Of a DNA stretch of 64,000 bases, positions 50,965 to 62,989 are shown piece after piece. The notes beneath the pieces were generated by a model that was given only the letters and a program-made list of their open reading frames with translations, was not told the DNA's origin and ran no database searches. The number at the start of each line of letters is the position of its first letter. Positions within the stretch are counted from its first letter, which is position 1. The position numbers were made by a program, and so were the translations under genes. Source of the DNA: Lama guanicoe (taxonomy: Eukaryota); the NCBI GenBank assembly GCA_013239625.1, contig MU054391.1, forward strand, positions 4,235,824 to 4,299,823. Reading direction: 5' to 3'.

Positions 50965-51095
50965 TTTAGGAATTGTGGTCTCTCTCCTCCATAAAACAGA
51001 AACTCTACTGGGGCAAAATTCTGTCTCTGAAATCACCCATGTTTCTTCAGGGCTTAGAACACATAGGCATTCACTCAGTGTCTGGTATTGAATTA
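50965..51095 (+). mobile_element. L2 3' end
   Basis: gtctctctcctccataaaacagaaactctactggggcaaaattctgtctctg...gggcttagaacacataggcattcactcag. Confidence 0.6.
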
Positions 51096-51098
51096 AAG

Positions 51099-51322
51099 CA
51101 GGGCTGGGCAAATCCAGGCACAAGCCACGTCCAGCCAAGCGGCTTTTGTAAATGAAGCCTGGGGGACCACAGCCTCTCCCAGAGATTTGCAGCTTCTCTG
51201 TGGTTCACACCACACTGCTCAGCAAAGCTGAATGATGGCAGCAGAAACCCAATGGCTCCCCAAACCTAAAATAGCTATTGTCCCGCCATTTATTAAAAAA
51301 AAAAAAAGTCTGGTCATCTCTG
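51099..51322. mobile_element. MER58A hAT-Charlie MITE, full length
   Basis: cagggctgggcaaa...ttttgtaaatgaag...aaacctaaaatagctatt...aaagtctggtcatctctg. The flanking 8-mers aattaaag and agttgaag (6/8 match) fit a decayed hAT TSD. Confidence 0.85.
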
Positions 51323-52099
51323 AGTTGAAGGATGAATACCCGAAGCCCAGATCTTCTTTTGTAACAGTTTTCATCTGGTAGATGATGTGTTTAGCTCCTG
51401 GTGGAGCCAAAGAGGATGGAACCTGATTTCTTCCCACCAAAGGATTCTGCACTTTCCCTGTGCAACTGAGGGCAGGTTTGCTTTTCTCAGGGAAACGGTT
51501 GCCTCTCACACGCCACGACATCTCAGTGTGCATGCTGAGTGGGGACCAGGGATGCTGGAGTGTCAGGACTGGGGCATCCGTCTGCAGGGAGCAGCCGTGG
51601 CAGGGAAACCCCGAGACGGAGCGGCCCCAGGGCCAGGGCGTGACCCCTGCTCCTCCCCCAGGCCTCCCGGTCTCTCTCTGCAAACTAGACCCTGCGCCCC
51701 TCCCCAGGCCCCCATGGTGTGTGCTCTGTGTTAGCTCCGCTGAAGATCCAGTAAATGTCACCCTGCGAGGCTCCCCATTACCAAATTAGTCCTGCCTCTG
51801 CCGGCTGCTGTCTGGCAGCCGTCACGGCCGACAGCATCTCCTCGGCCCAGAACTTGTTTACAGGGAAGCAGCGCAGGCCTCTGCACTCTGAGGAACCACA
51901 GACCCCGAGGCAGAATTCAGGAGGGGACCTGGGAGCCAGAGCATCATCGAGGTTCGGCTTTGCTACCAAATAAGGCGACCCCGGCCCCTGCAGCTGGTCC
52001 TCAAGGACTCGGGAACCCGGCCCTGTGCCCCCAGCAAGCGCGCATCCCCCTCCCACCCCGGGGCCCCTCCTGCCCTCCGGCGGCCTGACGGAGGGGCGC

Positions 52100-52205
52100 T
52101 GGTGACCCGGTCTCCCCGCCGGACGAGAACCCACGGGCCCTGTGCTCTGACCCCCCAGGGCCCGGACCCGCGCAGGGGCCGCACGGGTGCGCGGTCAGTA
52201 AAGGC
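52100..52205 (+). mobile_element. L2 3' end, GC-rewritten, within a CpG-rich patch
   Basis: gtctccccgccggacgagaacccacggg...cccccagggcccggacccgcgcaggggccgcacgggtgcgcggtcagtaaa aligns by eye to L2 gtctccccactagactgtaagctccatgaggg...tccccagcgcctagcacagtgcctggcacatagtaggcgctcaataaa. Confidence 0.55.
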
Positions 52206-52307
52206 GCCTTCTTCTCTGCAGGTCCTCACCCACACCCACTGCAAAATTTGCCTGAAGAAACAGAACCTAATAAGTGAGCACCTAGCCCCCTCAGCACATG
52301 GCGAATG

Positions 52308-52421
52308 CATGTCACACACCCCCCACATCACACACCATACACAGCCCTGACATCACACACGCATCACAGCCCACATACGCAGCGCACACACACCCTCCAC
52401 ACACCACACACACGCACACAC
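52308..52421. repeat. Degenerate (CA)-rich low-complexity tract
   Basis: Directly visible. Confidence 0.85.
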
Positions 52422-53103
52422 GGAGGCGTGGCTGGGCACCTCTTTGCCTGTCATTCACCCCACATAGACAGGGAGGACCAGGGCCCCGGACTGGGAGGAG
52501 TGCTGGGTCCAAAGGCAGGAGAAGGTCCGTATTCTACTTCGGTCAGCGGATCTCACCCCGGCGGGTCCGACGGGCACAGGTGGTCACAGCTGGCACTAAG
52601 ACACGGCGCCTGCATTTCCAGGCGCCTCGCACGGCCCCCAGGGTAGCCTGCACTGCAACCTCTGCGTTCAGCGCATCGCTCAGCAGCGGGCCCTGGATAC
52701 AGCAGCGTTGGTGTTTCTGAGAAACGGAAGGATGGACTGATGACCAGGTGAGCCAACGACGAGACAGACACTCCACAGGGAGGAGGGTGAAGGCGAAGAC
52801 GAATCTTTGATCAGCTTGCCCGTCACTGTTGCAGCTGGCTCCGGGAGGAGCTGCATAGCCCACAACACACCCTACGCAAGAAGCACTGGGAGCGCAAACT
52901 CATTCCCCCAAGAGCAAAACATCAATGACGCGTCAGCGTTCAAGGCCAAAGCTCAGACACCTGTGCAGAAACGGATGTCGCGCTAACTGGGTGATGGCCA
53001 GGGGAGGTGTCGGCTCGCATCTGCCCAGGGTTTCTGTTTGCTCAAAGGTGGAGAACGAGACAGAGGGCCCATTGTGAAGTCATGAAAAAAATTAACTAGA
53101 TGA

Positions 53104-53637
53104 CAAAAAGCTAAAACCTCAGATTAGGTAATCCTTTCCCTCAACTATGGGTGGTGCTGCCACAGCCAATGAACCGGACTGCCTGTAAACATGTAGCCTC
53201 TCCATTCGCCATCCAGGGAGAGGTGACTGTGCTCCCATGGGAGCCCACCTTCCTGAGACACGTCCCCCATGTCAGGGAGACTGCATGAGGCCCAAGTGCA
53301 GGAGCCAGGATTCCAGCCCACCACTTCCACGTCCAAGTCCCGGGCTCTTCCCGTTCCTGCCGTCCTCCCTGGAAAGGCGGGGAGGCAGCCAGCATCCTCA
53401 GTCCTCTGTCAGAGGCAGATAAGGAGAGGTCCTCACCATGCAGCCCCTCCACTGCCTCCTGGCAATAATCACTCCTTTTGAGTTCTTCCAAAGTTCACTT
53501 TGGCTTGTAATTCATACTGACATTTACCTAAGTAAATGCATAGACTAAATTTCAAAAAGCTAAAACATCAGGTTCTGTAATCCTTTCCCTTAAATATGGG
53601 TGATGCTGCCACAGCAATGAACAGGACTGCCTGTAAA
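53104..53637. repeat. Dispersed direct repeat of about 86 bp (53104-53189 and 53553-53637)
   Basis: caaaaagctaaaac...gtaatcctttccct...tatgggtg.tgctgccacagc(c)aatgaac.ggactgcctgtaaa occurs twice. Manual alignment gives about 9 differences in 86 columns. Confidence 0.93.
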
Positions 53638-54771
53638 TATTTTGCATTTAGATACTGCCTGAATTTAGCTTGCAAGGGGAAATTAAATGATGCCGGTATA
53701 TAATAGAAAATGTCTTTCTTTTACAGATAGAAAAATAATAAAATCGTTAATTCTGTCTGACACCAGGCATTGTACTGGAAACTAGAAGTTTCCCTCACAG
53801 TGCCCACGTAGACTGCTAGATCATTCTTATTTGTCCCTATTTCATTGATGACCAAGGTGAGGTGCAAGGAATCGCTGTCAATTCCAAATAAGGCTTAGAA
53901 CAGCACAGTCATTGGAGCTTGTTTAGCAGTGTCCTCGGAAAGAGTGAACTGCAAAGACCAATCTCCCCCTAGACTGGCCCAAGATCACTTACCTCGCGGA
54001 GCTCTTTCTAATCGATATAGCATTTCTATTTATGTCTTCTGCTATCTCCTGTCACTTCCTATGGCTATTAATACATTAGCGTATACTCTTCACGACCTTG
54101 TTTTATGAGTAATTGTCTGGCCGTGTCTCTGCAAGTTTCTCGTACACTTTAACGCAGTAAAATGCCTGAGCTTTGTGACACCAAGATGTCTCCCACAGGA
54201 CTGTTGTTTCGGGTGGCTTCAGTGGCATATCGCAGCTAGATGTGGCTGTCTGAGTGCATGGCATCACTGACGATTCTGCTCTCAAGGTCCCCTGATTCCG
54301 AGCCTTGGAAGAGAAATGGCAGCTTCCCAGGGAGGGAGACTCCAGGGACGTTCTCTGATGGAGGAAGTCACCACATACACAGACACGCCACTGTGCAGGC
54401 CTGTAGGACACAGTCATCTCGTTCTTGTGGAGTGCCCCTCCCTGCCAAGCCCCAGACACGCCAGCAACTGAGACTTTCTCAAGTGGAGGAGTCCCGCAGA
54501 AGCCGGGGCAGGACCAGAGCTTGGTGCAAGCTTTGACACTTCAAGTTGGGCAAAGGTTTTGGTTTCAGCAATGCTGCTAAAAACCACATGTTCCACGGTC
54601 TGCCTGAACTTTGACTTGGAGCCTAAACAGCTGGCAGAGGCGTGGCTGGCTCTGAGGTTTCACTTGGCAGCAGCTCTGGGTCCGCAGCCCGCCATCCTTT
54701 TGGGTGTGGGGTTTCGGGCCTGGGGTGAAGAATCACCCAGGACCCCCTCTCCTTCCCTCTGGGTCACAGTA

Positions 54772-54946
54772 CAGAGGCAGTTCCCAAGGTGGGGCCCCAT
54801 CGTAACAGCAGGGAGCTGTTAGACGTGCGACTCCCAGGCCCCGCCCAGACCCACTGGTCCAGAAACTCTGTGGGCGGGCCGGGCAAGCTGCAGTTTTACA
54901 AGCGCTGTGAGGGCTCCTGAGGCGCCCCTGGGTTTGAGAACCACTG
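54772..54946. mobile_element. MER5A hAT MITE
   Basis: gggagctgttagacgtgcgactcccaggccccgcccagacccactggtccagaaactctg...gggtttgagaaccactg. Confidence 0.88.
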
Positions 54947-54951
54947 TAGCA

Positions 54952-57317
54952 CGGACACACCCCTTTTGCTGTGCTTCGCTTTATTGTGCTTTGCAGATCC
55001 TGCATTTTTCACAAATTGAAGGTCCTCATTGAGCCCCGCGTCGAGCACGTCTGTCGGCGCACTTGCTCACTTAGCATCTCTGCATCACATTTTGATAATT
55101 CTCACAATATTTCACACTGTTTCATTACTATTATATTTGTCATGATGGTCTGTGATCAGTGATCTTTGATGTTACTGCTGTAGCTGTTTTGGGGGCCGCC
55201 AACCACATGGAAGATGTGTAACTTGTAAGATGTTACATGTAACATGTAAGATGGTGAACTTAGTAAATGACGGATGTGTTCTGACTGCTCCACCGACCAG
55301 CCGGCTCCCCGACTCTCACCCTCTCCTCCAGCCTCCTGATTCCCTGAGACACGACAATATTGAAATCAGGACAATTAATAGCCTGCAGTGGCCTGCACGT
55401 ATGCAAGTGAAGGGACAAGTCACACTTCCCTCACTTTAAATCCAAAGCTAGACATGAGTAAGCTTGGTGAGGAAGGCATGACCAAACCAGCAAGGCCAAA
55501 GGCTGGGCCTCTTTCGTCAAGAACCTAGACAACCTGTGAAGCAAAGGACAGTTCTTGAATGAAACTACAAGCACTGCTCCAGTGAACACACGAATAATAA
55601 GGAAGCAAAACGACCTTATTGCTGATGTGGAGCAAGTCTGAGTGGTCGGGACAGAAGATCAAACCAGCCACCACCTTCCCTCAAGCCAAAGCCTCATCCA
55701 GAGCCAGGCCCCAGCTCTCCTCAATTCTGTGAAGGCTGAGTGAGGTGAGGAAGCTGCAGAAGAAAAAGTGTGAAGCCAGCAGAGGCTGGTTCCTGAGGTT
55801 GAAGGAAGGAAGTCATCTCCATGACATGAAAGTGCAGGTGATGCGGCACGTGCTGATGCAGAAGCGGGAGCAGTTTCTCCAGATGATGCAGCTCAGAGCA
55901 TCCATGAAGGTGACAAAATAAACAATAAATCTTCAGTGTAAACATAACAGCCTTTGATTGGAAGAAGATGCCATCTTGGGTTTCCATAGTTAGAAAGGAG
56001 AGGTCAACGTCTGGCTTCAAATCTTGAAAGGACAGGCTGACTCTCTTGTTAGGTGCTAATGCAGCTGATGACTTGAAGTCGAAGCCCATGTTCATTCACC
56101 ATCTGAAGACCCAGGGCCCTTAAGAATGATGATAAATTGACTCTGCCTGGGCTCTCTATATACAAAGACAAAGCCTCCATGACAGCACATCCATTTACAA
56201 CATGGTTTACTTAATATTTTAAACTCACTGTTAATAGCTGTTGCTCAGGGGAAAAAAAAAACTTTCAAAATAATATTGCTTGTTGACAAGGCACCTGGTC
56301 ACCCAAGAGCTCTGCTGGAGACGGACGAGGAGCTCCATGCCGCTCTGCAGCCCGTGGGCCAGGGAGTCATTCTGACTTTCAAGCCTTATTACTTAAGAAA
56401 TACATTTCACAAGGCTATACCTGCCACAGACAGTGATTCCTCTGCTGGATGTGGGCAAAGTCAACTGAAAACCTTGTGGAAAGACCTCACCATTCTTGAT
56501 GCCATTAAGAACATTATTGAGAATGAGAAGTGGCCAAGATATCTACATTCATAGAGGTTTGGAAGAAGTTGATTCCAACCCTCATGGATGAACCCAAGGG
56601 GTTCAAAACGTCCGTGCAGGTGGTAACTGCAGATGTGCTAAAAATAGCAAGAAAACTAGAATTAGAAGTGGCCCCCCGAAGATGGGACTGAATTGCTGCA
56701 ATCTTGTGATAAAACTTGAATAGGTGGAGGAGTTGTTTCTGATGGATGAGCCAAGAAAGTGTTTTTTTTTCTTTTGAGGTGGAAGATGCTGTGAAGATCC
56801 TTGAAATGACAACAAAGGATTTAGAATATGACATGAACTTAGCTGATAAAGCAACAGCAGCATGAGAGAGGACTGACTCCCATTTTGAAAGAAGCTCTGC
56901 TGTGGGTAAAACGCTTCACAGCTTTTCTGTTACAGAGAAATTGTTCACGAAAGGAAGGGTCAATCAAGGTGGTAAATTTTCCTGTTGCCTTATTTTAAGA
57001 AATTGCCACCACCCCAGCCTTCAGCAACCACCACCCTGATCCGTCAGCAGCCATCAACTTCCAGGCCAGATCCTCTACCAGCAAAAAGATTACAACTCAC
57101 TGAAAGCTCAACGGGCAGTTAGCATTTCTTAGCAATGAAGTAGTTTTAATTAAGTTATGTATATTGCTTTTTATACATAATGCTATTGTGCACTTAACAG
57201 ACTGCAGCATAGTGTAAACACAACTTTGAGATGCACTGGGAAAACTGAAAACTTCCCTTGTCTCACTTTACTGCGATGGTCTGGAGGGGAACCAGCAGTA
57301 TCTCCAAGGTAGATCTG
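54952..57317 (+). mobile_element. Tigger1 DNA transposon (TcMar-Tigger/pogo), near full length (~2.37 kb), transposase inactivated
   Basis: 5' end gtgcttcgctttattgtgctttgcagat...cacaaattgaagg and 3' end tatctccaaggtagatctg followed by TA. ORF 56276-56554 encodes a pogo DDE remnant (LVDKAPGHPRAL...LQPVGQGVILTFKPYYLRNTF...LKTLWKDLTILDAIKNI). The start codon reads GTG at 55388, and there are multiple stops and frameshifts. Confidence 0.96.
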
Positions 57318-59249
57318 TAGAAAACAGGACATCAGAGGAAGGAGTCAAACAAAATGAATTTAGGAATAAAGGGAAGATAAACATCCCAGCAGGTGAGCCC
57401 TGTCATCAGGGGGTGCAGCAGGGGACACCAGGATCGCTTCACAGTGCACATCAACCTGCTCGATGGCTCCTGGTGCCCCACGCCAGGTCCGTGGTAGAGG
57501 CTGTCCAGACACCATATTGAGAAGAACGTTGGGCGGCGCCTCAGAGGAAACGCTGTGTGAGCAAGGTGGGGTGGGCCAACCCGCCATCTCCCGCCTGAGA
57601 CACATCAAGTTCCATTAAAGTGTTTTTAGAAAGCGATGCATTAAAGGTAGAAGGACCTTCAGAGGTCAGATCATCGGGTGCAGCCCTGTTTACCAATAAG
57701 CAGACTGAAACCCAAATCAGAAAGTGGCCTTGGCTCAAGCCGCCTAGTGGTTACCACACAACAGGTGTTCTCGGGATGGAAACACCTGCTCAGAGATTCT
57801 GCAGCCTCTCCATTAGAAGAGGAGGTGAGACTTCACGGCGTCCAGTCCTCTGGCCAGTCCTCACCACACCTCCATCAGAAGTGCTGGGAAACTCACCCTC
57901 TCTCAACACTGTGCGGTGTGTCTTTGGAGATCAATGGACCCGAAATATTTCCCCCGAGATGCTGACTCTCCAAGTTTTACCCTCTGGGGGACACAGTGGG
58001 GGGTGACCTAGGATTGGGAAATCTCATGCACAGAGCAGTTTTAAACACCTTATCTTTCCTTTTGAGCTCCCCTTCCTCCAAAGTGACTGGAAAGTCTTTG
58101 TTTATTCCAGAGGCATTGCACCTGCCAGGCTGTGCGCATCTAAAAAGACAGCCAAGTGAGCAAAACCCACTTCCAGGAAGTGCATTCTGGTGGGAGAGTC
58201 TGATATTAAACAACTAAAAACATAAGTATTACATTTTCAGTGTAACTGGTGGTATGAGGCAGAAGTCCAGAAGAAATCCAGTCTTGGTCCCTCCATGAGG
58301 TATCAGAGAATTGCTATCATTTCTCTGCAGTTTACACTTTTGACCTATTATTAATTTATCCGACTTCACTTCCCCAGCCCGTATGTCCACCCTGTGTCCC
58401 TCCCTCATAGGAAAGCCCACGGCCAGGTCCTACAATGAGCGTAAGAAAGTGAGCCCTTGATCCTTCCTTCACAGAATTTATAGACTCTAGTTTAGGAGAC
58501 AAAATTGAAATAAGTGAAGAAAACTCTGAGTGATTTCCACAATAGACATTTTAAGAGTAGGACAAAGTTGAGACGAAAGAATTAACAGTAAGACGAGGAG
58601 AAGCTTCAGGGGGAAGGCAGGATCTGAGCTTCTGGGCAAAATTTGATTGGTAAACAAGACAGGGCAGTCTCTGCTGCGTGCGTGTGCACATGTGCACATG
58701 TGTTAATTTTGTTTTAATGAGGGAGATGTTACAGGAAAAATACACGAAAAAGAACTGCACTAAAACGATGATCATGGTTGTCTTCAGGCCCTCCACCTGT
58801 GGGATATTTTTCCTTTGCATTTTCATGATTGGAAATTTCCCTACTTTCATAATTAGGAAAAGTAGATGTGATGTAAAGGTTAAAAATATAAATTCATCCA
58901 AAGGGGCTTGTCTTGTGCCAGGCAGGTGATGCCAGGAGCCCCTGTGTCTAACAACACAAGGTGCACGTCACTCTTGGCTGAATGTCCTCTTTGCAGGAAC
59001 GAAGTTTCACATTCGGAGGTAACTACGTACTCGTAGGGCTGAAGTCTTTCCTGCATCCCAGACAGTTTTCTGAAAATGCTACAACCATTGTAGCCCATTG
59101 TAGCAAACATGGATGTTCTAGAGAAAGGTCAGAGTGTGGGGTTGGGAGGCCCAGGCCAGCCCCAGCACACAGACTCTTCTGGGCTTCTCTAGGGTCTGTA
59201 ACTGGACAAGACAGAGGTTAGAATTTCCTCACACGTTTGGCCCCTTCTG

Positions 59250-59425
59250 AGACGCTGAGTCCTATGCTAGGTGTTTTATATACTGTTCTCATTTAATTGT
59301 CGACCCAAACTAAGGACACAAATATCATGATCATCTTCCACCCAAAAAGAAACCAGAGGCTCAGAAGGATGGAGTCACCTGGGGGACGTCGCTGTCACAG
59401 CCGGCCTGAGTCCATGTCTGTCCTG
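59250..59425 (-). mobile_element. MIR SINE
   Basis: tatgctaggtgttttatatactgttctcatttaatt...aagaaaccagaggctcagaaggatggagtcacctg. Confidence 0.75.
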
Positions 59426-60553
59426 ACCCAGGGGCCCTCCCGCCTCCGCACCGACTTTTCCAGGCAGCACGCCTGTTCCAGTGGCCTTTTGCACATCAGC
59501 TTCACGGCCCGTCGGAGCAGCTTGTCAATAGTGGGTGCCTTTGTTTTCAGGCAGGACAAGAATCCTTCCCTGAGAGCTGTCCTTGAGTGCGAGGGCCGAG
59601 AGATGCAGCCGCAGGCCAGTTCCGTCTGTGTGGTGCGGAGTCCTGTCAGTGCCTGGCTCAAAAACAGGCTGATACGTTGCAGGTTTTATCTTCAGTGAAG
59701 CCAAAATGCTTGGCTCGTGTTTGAATTTTCATCCATGGCCAAATTTCCATAAGGAGTTTTAAACTCATAATAATTGATCTCTCTGCACACTTGCTGTCCT
59801 GCGTTTTTGAAGACCCTGCCTTCACCCAGGGGCGAAATGCCTCTCTCTCCTCCTTCCTCTGGCTTCACGGTGCGCACTGCTCCTCCCTGACGTCTGAGCA
59901 TCTCGGTGAAGCAGGCTGTCCGACTTGAGCCTGAGCTGTGTCCGCCGCTCGGTTCTGACCAGATCAGGCGGGACACTTGAGGATATTTCCATGGGGGGCT
60001 GGAGACGGCTTAGAAAGGGCCCAGCTACAGAGAAGAAGGAGCCAGGCCTGGAAGCGCCCCACCTAGGGTTTCCTGTGGAGGAGAAGTGACAGAAGTGTCT
60101 GCTGTCTTATTTTGCCCCGGACCCCCCCCCCCCGCCGGGCATCGCGGTGGCCCTGGGCAGATGGAGCGGGGCGCGCACGGCGGGGTCCGGAGCTCAGGCA
60201 GCGTCCCCCTTGCTGGGAGGAGCGGAAGCAGCCTCCGCCTTCCCGTCCTTGCATCCTCACCGGCTGACGAAACACAGGAGGTAGAAATAGAGCCTTGTGT
60301 GGAACAGGCTGCTGGACCACAAGGAAAACCAGCACAGACAGTGACTGTCACTCCTCAGAGGCCCTCTCTGCCACCTCTTCATTTGCCCTTGGATCAGTGT
60401 GTGAAAAAATGCTTCTCGCTGATACTCGGGGCAAATAGTCAGGCCAGCTCAGCCGGGCCAAGGGGTGAGTGACTGAACGGCCCCTGGAGGATGTGCTGCG
60501 GTCCTGGGAGGGAGGAAGAGGTCAAGGTCCACTTAGTTCAAGCCAAAGAAATC

Positions 60554-60889
60554 TACGCTGGTCTGCACAGGCTGCCGTGACAAAAAGGCGCAGACCGGGA
60601 GGCTGAAGCAGCGCTAGTTTGCGGCTGACTGTCTGGGGGCCTGGCACCAACAGGAGGGCGTCGGCAGGGCTGGTTTCTCCTGGGACCTCCCCTGGCTTGC
60701 AGGTGGCCGTCCTCCCCCGGGTCCTCCCCTGGCTTTCCCTCTGTGTGTGCTCCCCCTGTGCCATTCCTATTGGATTGACGTCATTTAACCTTAATTACTT
60801 CCTTAAAGGCTCTATTTCCAAATATAGTCATGTTGGGGGTTAGGGATTCAGTATATGAGTTTGTGAGGGACACAATTTAGCTCCTATCA
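60554..60889 (-). mobile_element. MaLR MLT1A/B-type solo LTR
   Basis: ggctgccgtgacaaaa...gtcggcagggctggtttctcctg...cttgcaggtggccgtc...catttaaccttaattacttccttaaaggctctatttccaaatatagtca...gggacacaatttag. Confidence 0.88.
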
Positions 60890-61489
60890 AACGGAGATGC
60901 TACTGAGAACATGTCAGGCATCCAGACATGGGACTAGAAGGCAAAGTGGCTCCATGAGCCGAGGGATGGGAGGGAGTGGGGGACACTTTTCAGCCTCAGT
61001 ACAAAATTCCTCCTCCCAGGGCAAGCCTGTGCTGTGCGCTGGGGTGAGCTCCTAAATGCCCTTGGGCACAGCAGAGGTTTTCAATATTCTCATTTAAATA
61101 CACTGTGCCACACTGTTCTAAAGGTAATTTCAGCAGATAGCAGATGAATATATAATATATATATATATATATCAAAACAAATATTAACTATCAGAGTAAA
61201 ATGAAAATAAAGAAAAATAATAAAGTAAGGTTATGAGAAAAAGATCAAACTACAGAAAAATAAGGCAGAGAGATTTTATATAGTTACTGACAGTTTCCAC
61301 CAATGTTCTAAGTCCCTGATAATCAAGGCAATGGGAAAACAGGTCCATCACAAGGTTTGGATTGTTCACAGGGTTTACTGGAGACTCCATGAGGATTTAT
61401 CGTGTGTGCCATTGACCTTCCCAGCACTGTTCCCAGTCCTTGATATGTAGCTGGTGCTCAGCAATATACACTGAAGAAATTAAACATTT

Positions 61490-62063
61490 GATAAGTGCAT
61501 GATTTTATGTGTTAATTTGACCAGAACATGTGATGTACAGACATTTAGTCAAGCATCATTTGTTACTCTGGGTGTGTCTGTGAAGATGTTTCTGAGTGAG
61601 ATTAACATTTGAATTAGTAGACTGAGTAAAGCAGATTGATCTCCATAATGTGGGTGGGCCTCATCTAATCAGTCAAAGACCTGAATAGCAAAAAAGGCTG
61701 GCATCCTCCAGTTCAGAGAGAATTCCTCCCCCCTGAAAGGCTTTGGACTAAGACAGCTGCTATTCTCATGCTTTCTGACTCAAGCTGAAACATCAGCTCT
61801 TCCTGGGTGTCAAGCCTGCCATTCTTCAGACTGAAATCACACCATTGGCTCTCCTGGTTCTCAGGCCTTTGAATCTGGACTGGAACTTACACCATCAGCA
61901 GTCCTGGGTCTCCCTGCACATACCCTGCACATTTTGTGACTTGCCAGCCATCATACATGCATGAGTCAACTCCTTATAATAAATCTTCATTCAGATAGAT
62001 AGGTAGACAGACAGACAGACATATCCTATTGATCTGTGTTCCTGGAGAATTCTGACTAGTACA
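61490..62063 (+). mobile_element. ERVL MLT2 (B/D-type) solo LTR
   Basis: attttatgtgttaatttgacc...ctgggtgtgtctgtgaagatgtttctgagtgagattaacatttgaattagtagactgagtaaagcagattg...cctggagaattctgactagtaca. Confidence 0.9.
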
Positions 62064-62195
62064 TTGAGTTAACTCATTTTTCAGTAACAAGGTTGGAGGG
62101 AGATTTATCTTGCAAGTCTAAAAGAACACATAGTAATGTAGCGAAACTCATGTCAAAACCGTGGCCATCATAGACTAAAAAGAAGTAGTAAATGA

Positions 62196-62345
62196 GTTTC
62201 TCAATGTTTAGCATGCATGTGAATCATCTGACATGTATGCGTCATATGAAGATTCTCATTCGGTAGATCCAGGGTGGAGCCCAAGAGTGCATTTCCAACA
62301 AGCCTCGAGGCGCTGCAGCTGCACAGTTTGAATCGTGAGCTCTTG
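62196..62345. mobile_element. MER5B/MER5A-like MITE
   Basis: gtttctcaatgtttagcatgcatgtgaatcatctg...gattctcattcggtagatccagggtggagcccaagagtgcatttccaacaagc. Confidence 0.75.
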
Positions 62346-62989
62346 GAGCATCTCTCAATGCCAATTACAGATATGAGGATGGAGAATTTATAGGGGTCCT
62401 CTCCTGCTGGAGCTGCCTTCCCTCCCACCCTCTCCGTACCTGGTGTGAAGGACCAGAATACCCAGAGCTTCAAGTAGCCCCGCTGTTCTGAATATAGCTC
62501 TCCCTTCATTCATTTATCTCCCGCAAGGAGTTCCCATGGACCGCTCACCTCTCTCATCCCGTGGCTACAAATCTGAGGCTCCTCTGGAGCCCCCTTGAAT
62601 TGCATTCCCACATTATGTCTACGGTGTGGGTGTAATCTCGACTCCTCTCCTCTTTCCATCAATCCCATCCAATCTGTGTTCTATTTCCCAAGATACCTCA
62701 AAATATCTGGCCCACTGCTGGCTCCCTTCCTTACTTTTAAGCAAAGTTTCACGTTCTCTGCCAATTCAATGGGTATTTGGGGAAGGAGAAGTAGTTACAA
62801 TGTTCAGTCCACTTTCTTGATCCAGCAACCTGGACGATTTTCAAAGGCTCTTCATGTGGTTCTTAAATATTATGCTGAATCAACAAGGAACATGTTGCCA
62901 AACTGAAAATCTTGTGCAGTTGGCTGCCTCTCCACTATCGCTCAGAACTAGGGTACACAATAAAATGATAAGACATGCAGAGTATTTTT

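Noticed and set aside
55388..57000. Domesticated TIGD1-like transposase gene
   Set aside because: The start codon is lost, there are multiple stops and frameshifts, and the catalytic region is deleted or mutated. It is a neutrally decaying Tigger1 copy.
58997..59018. 22-nt micro-exon (tcctctttgcAG...GAG|GTAACT)
   Set aside because: It is not frame-preserving, has no partner exons and is expected by chance in 64 kb.
19889..62063. Two same-strand MLT2 LTRs as the ends of one giant provirus
   Set aside because: They are 41 kb apart with no ERVL gag/pol between them, the first copy has its own TSD-like flanks, and the two differ in internal structure.
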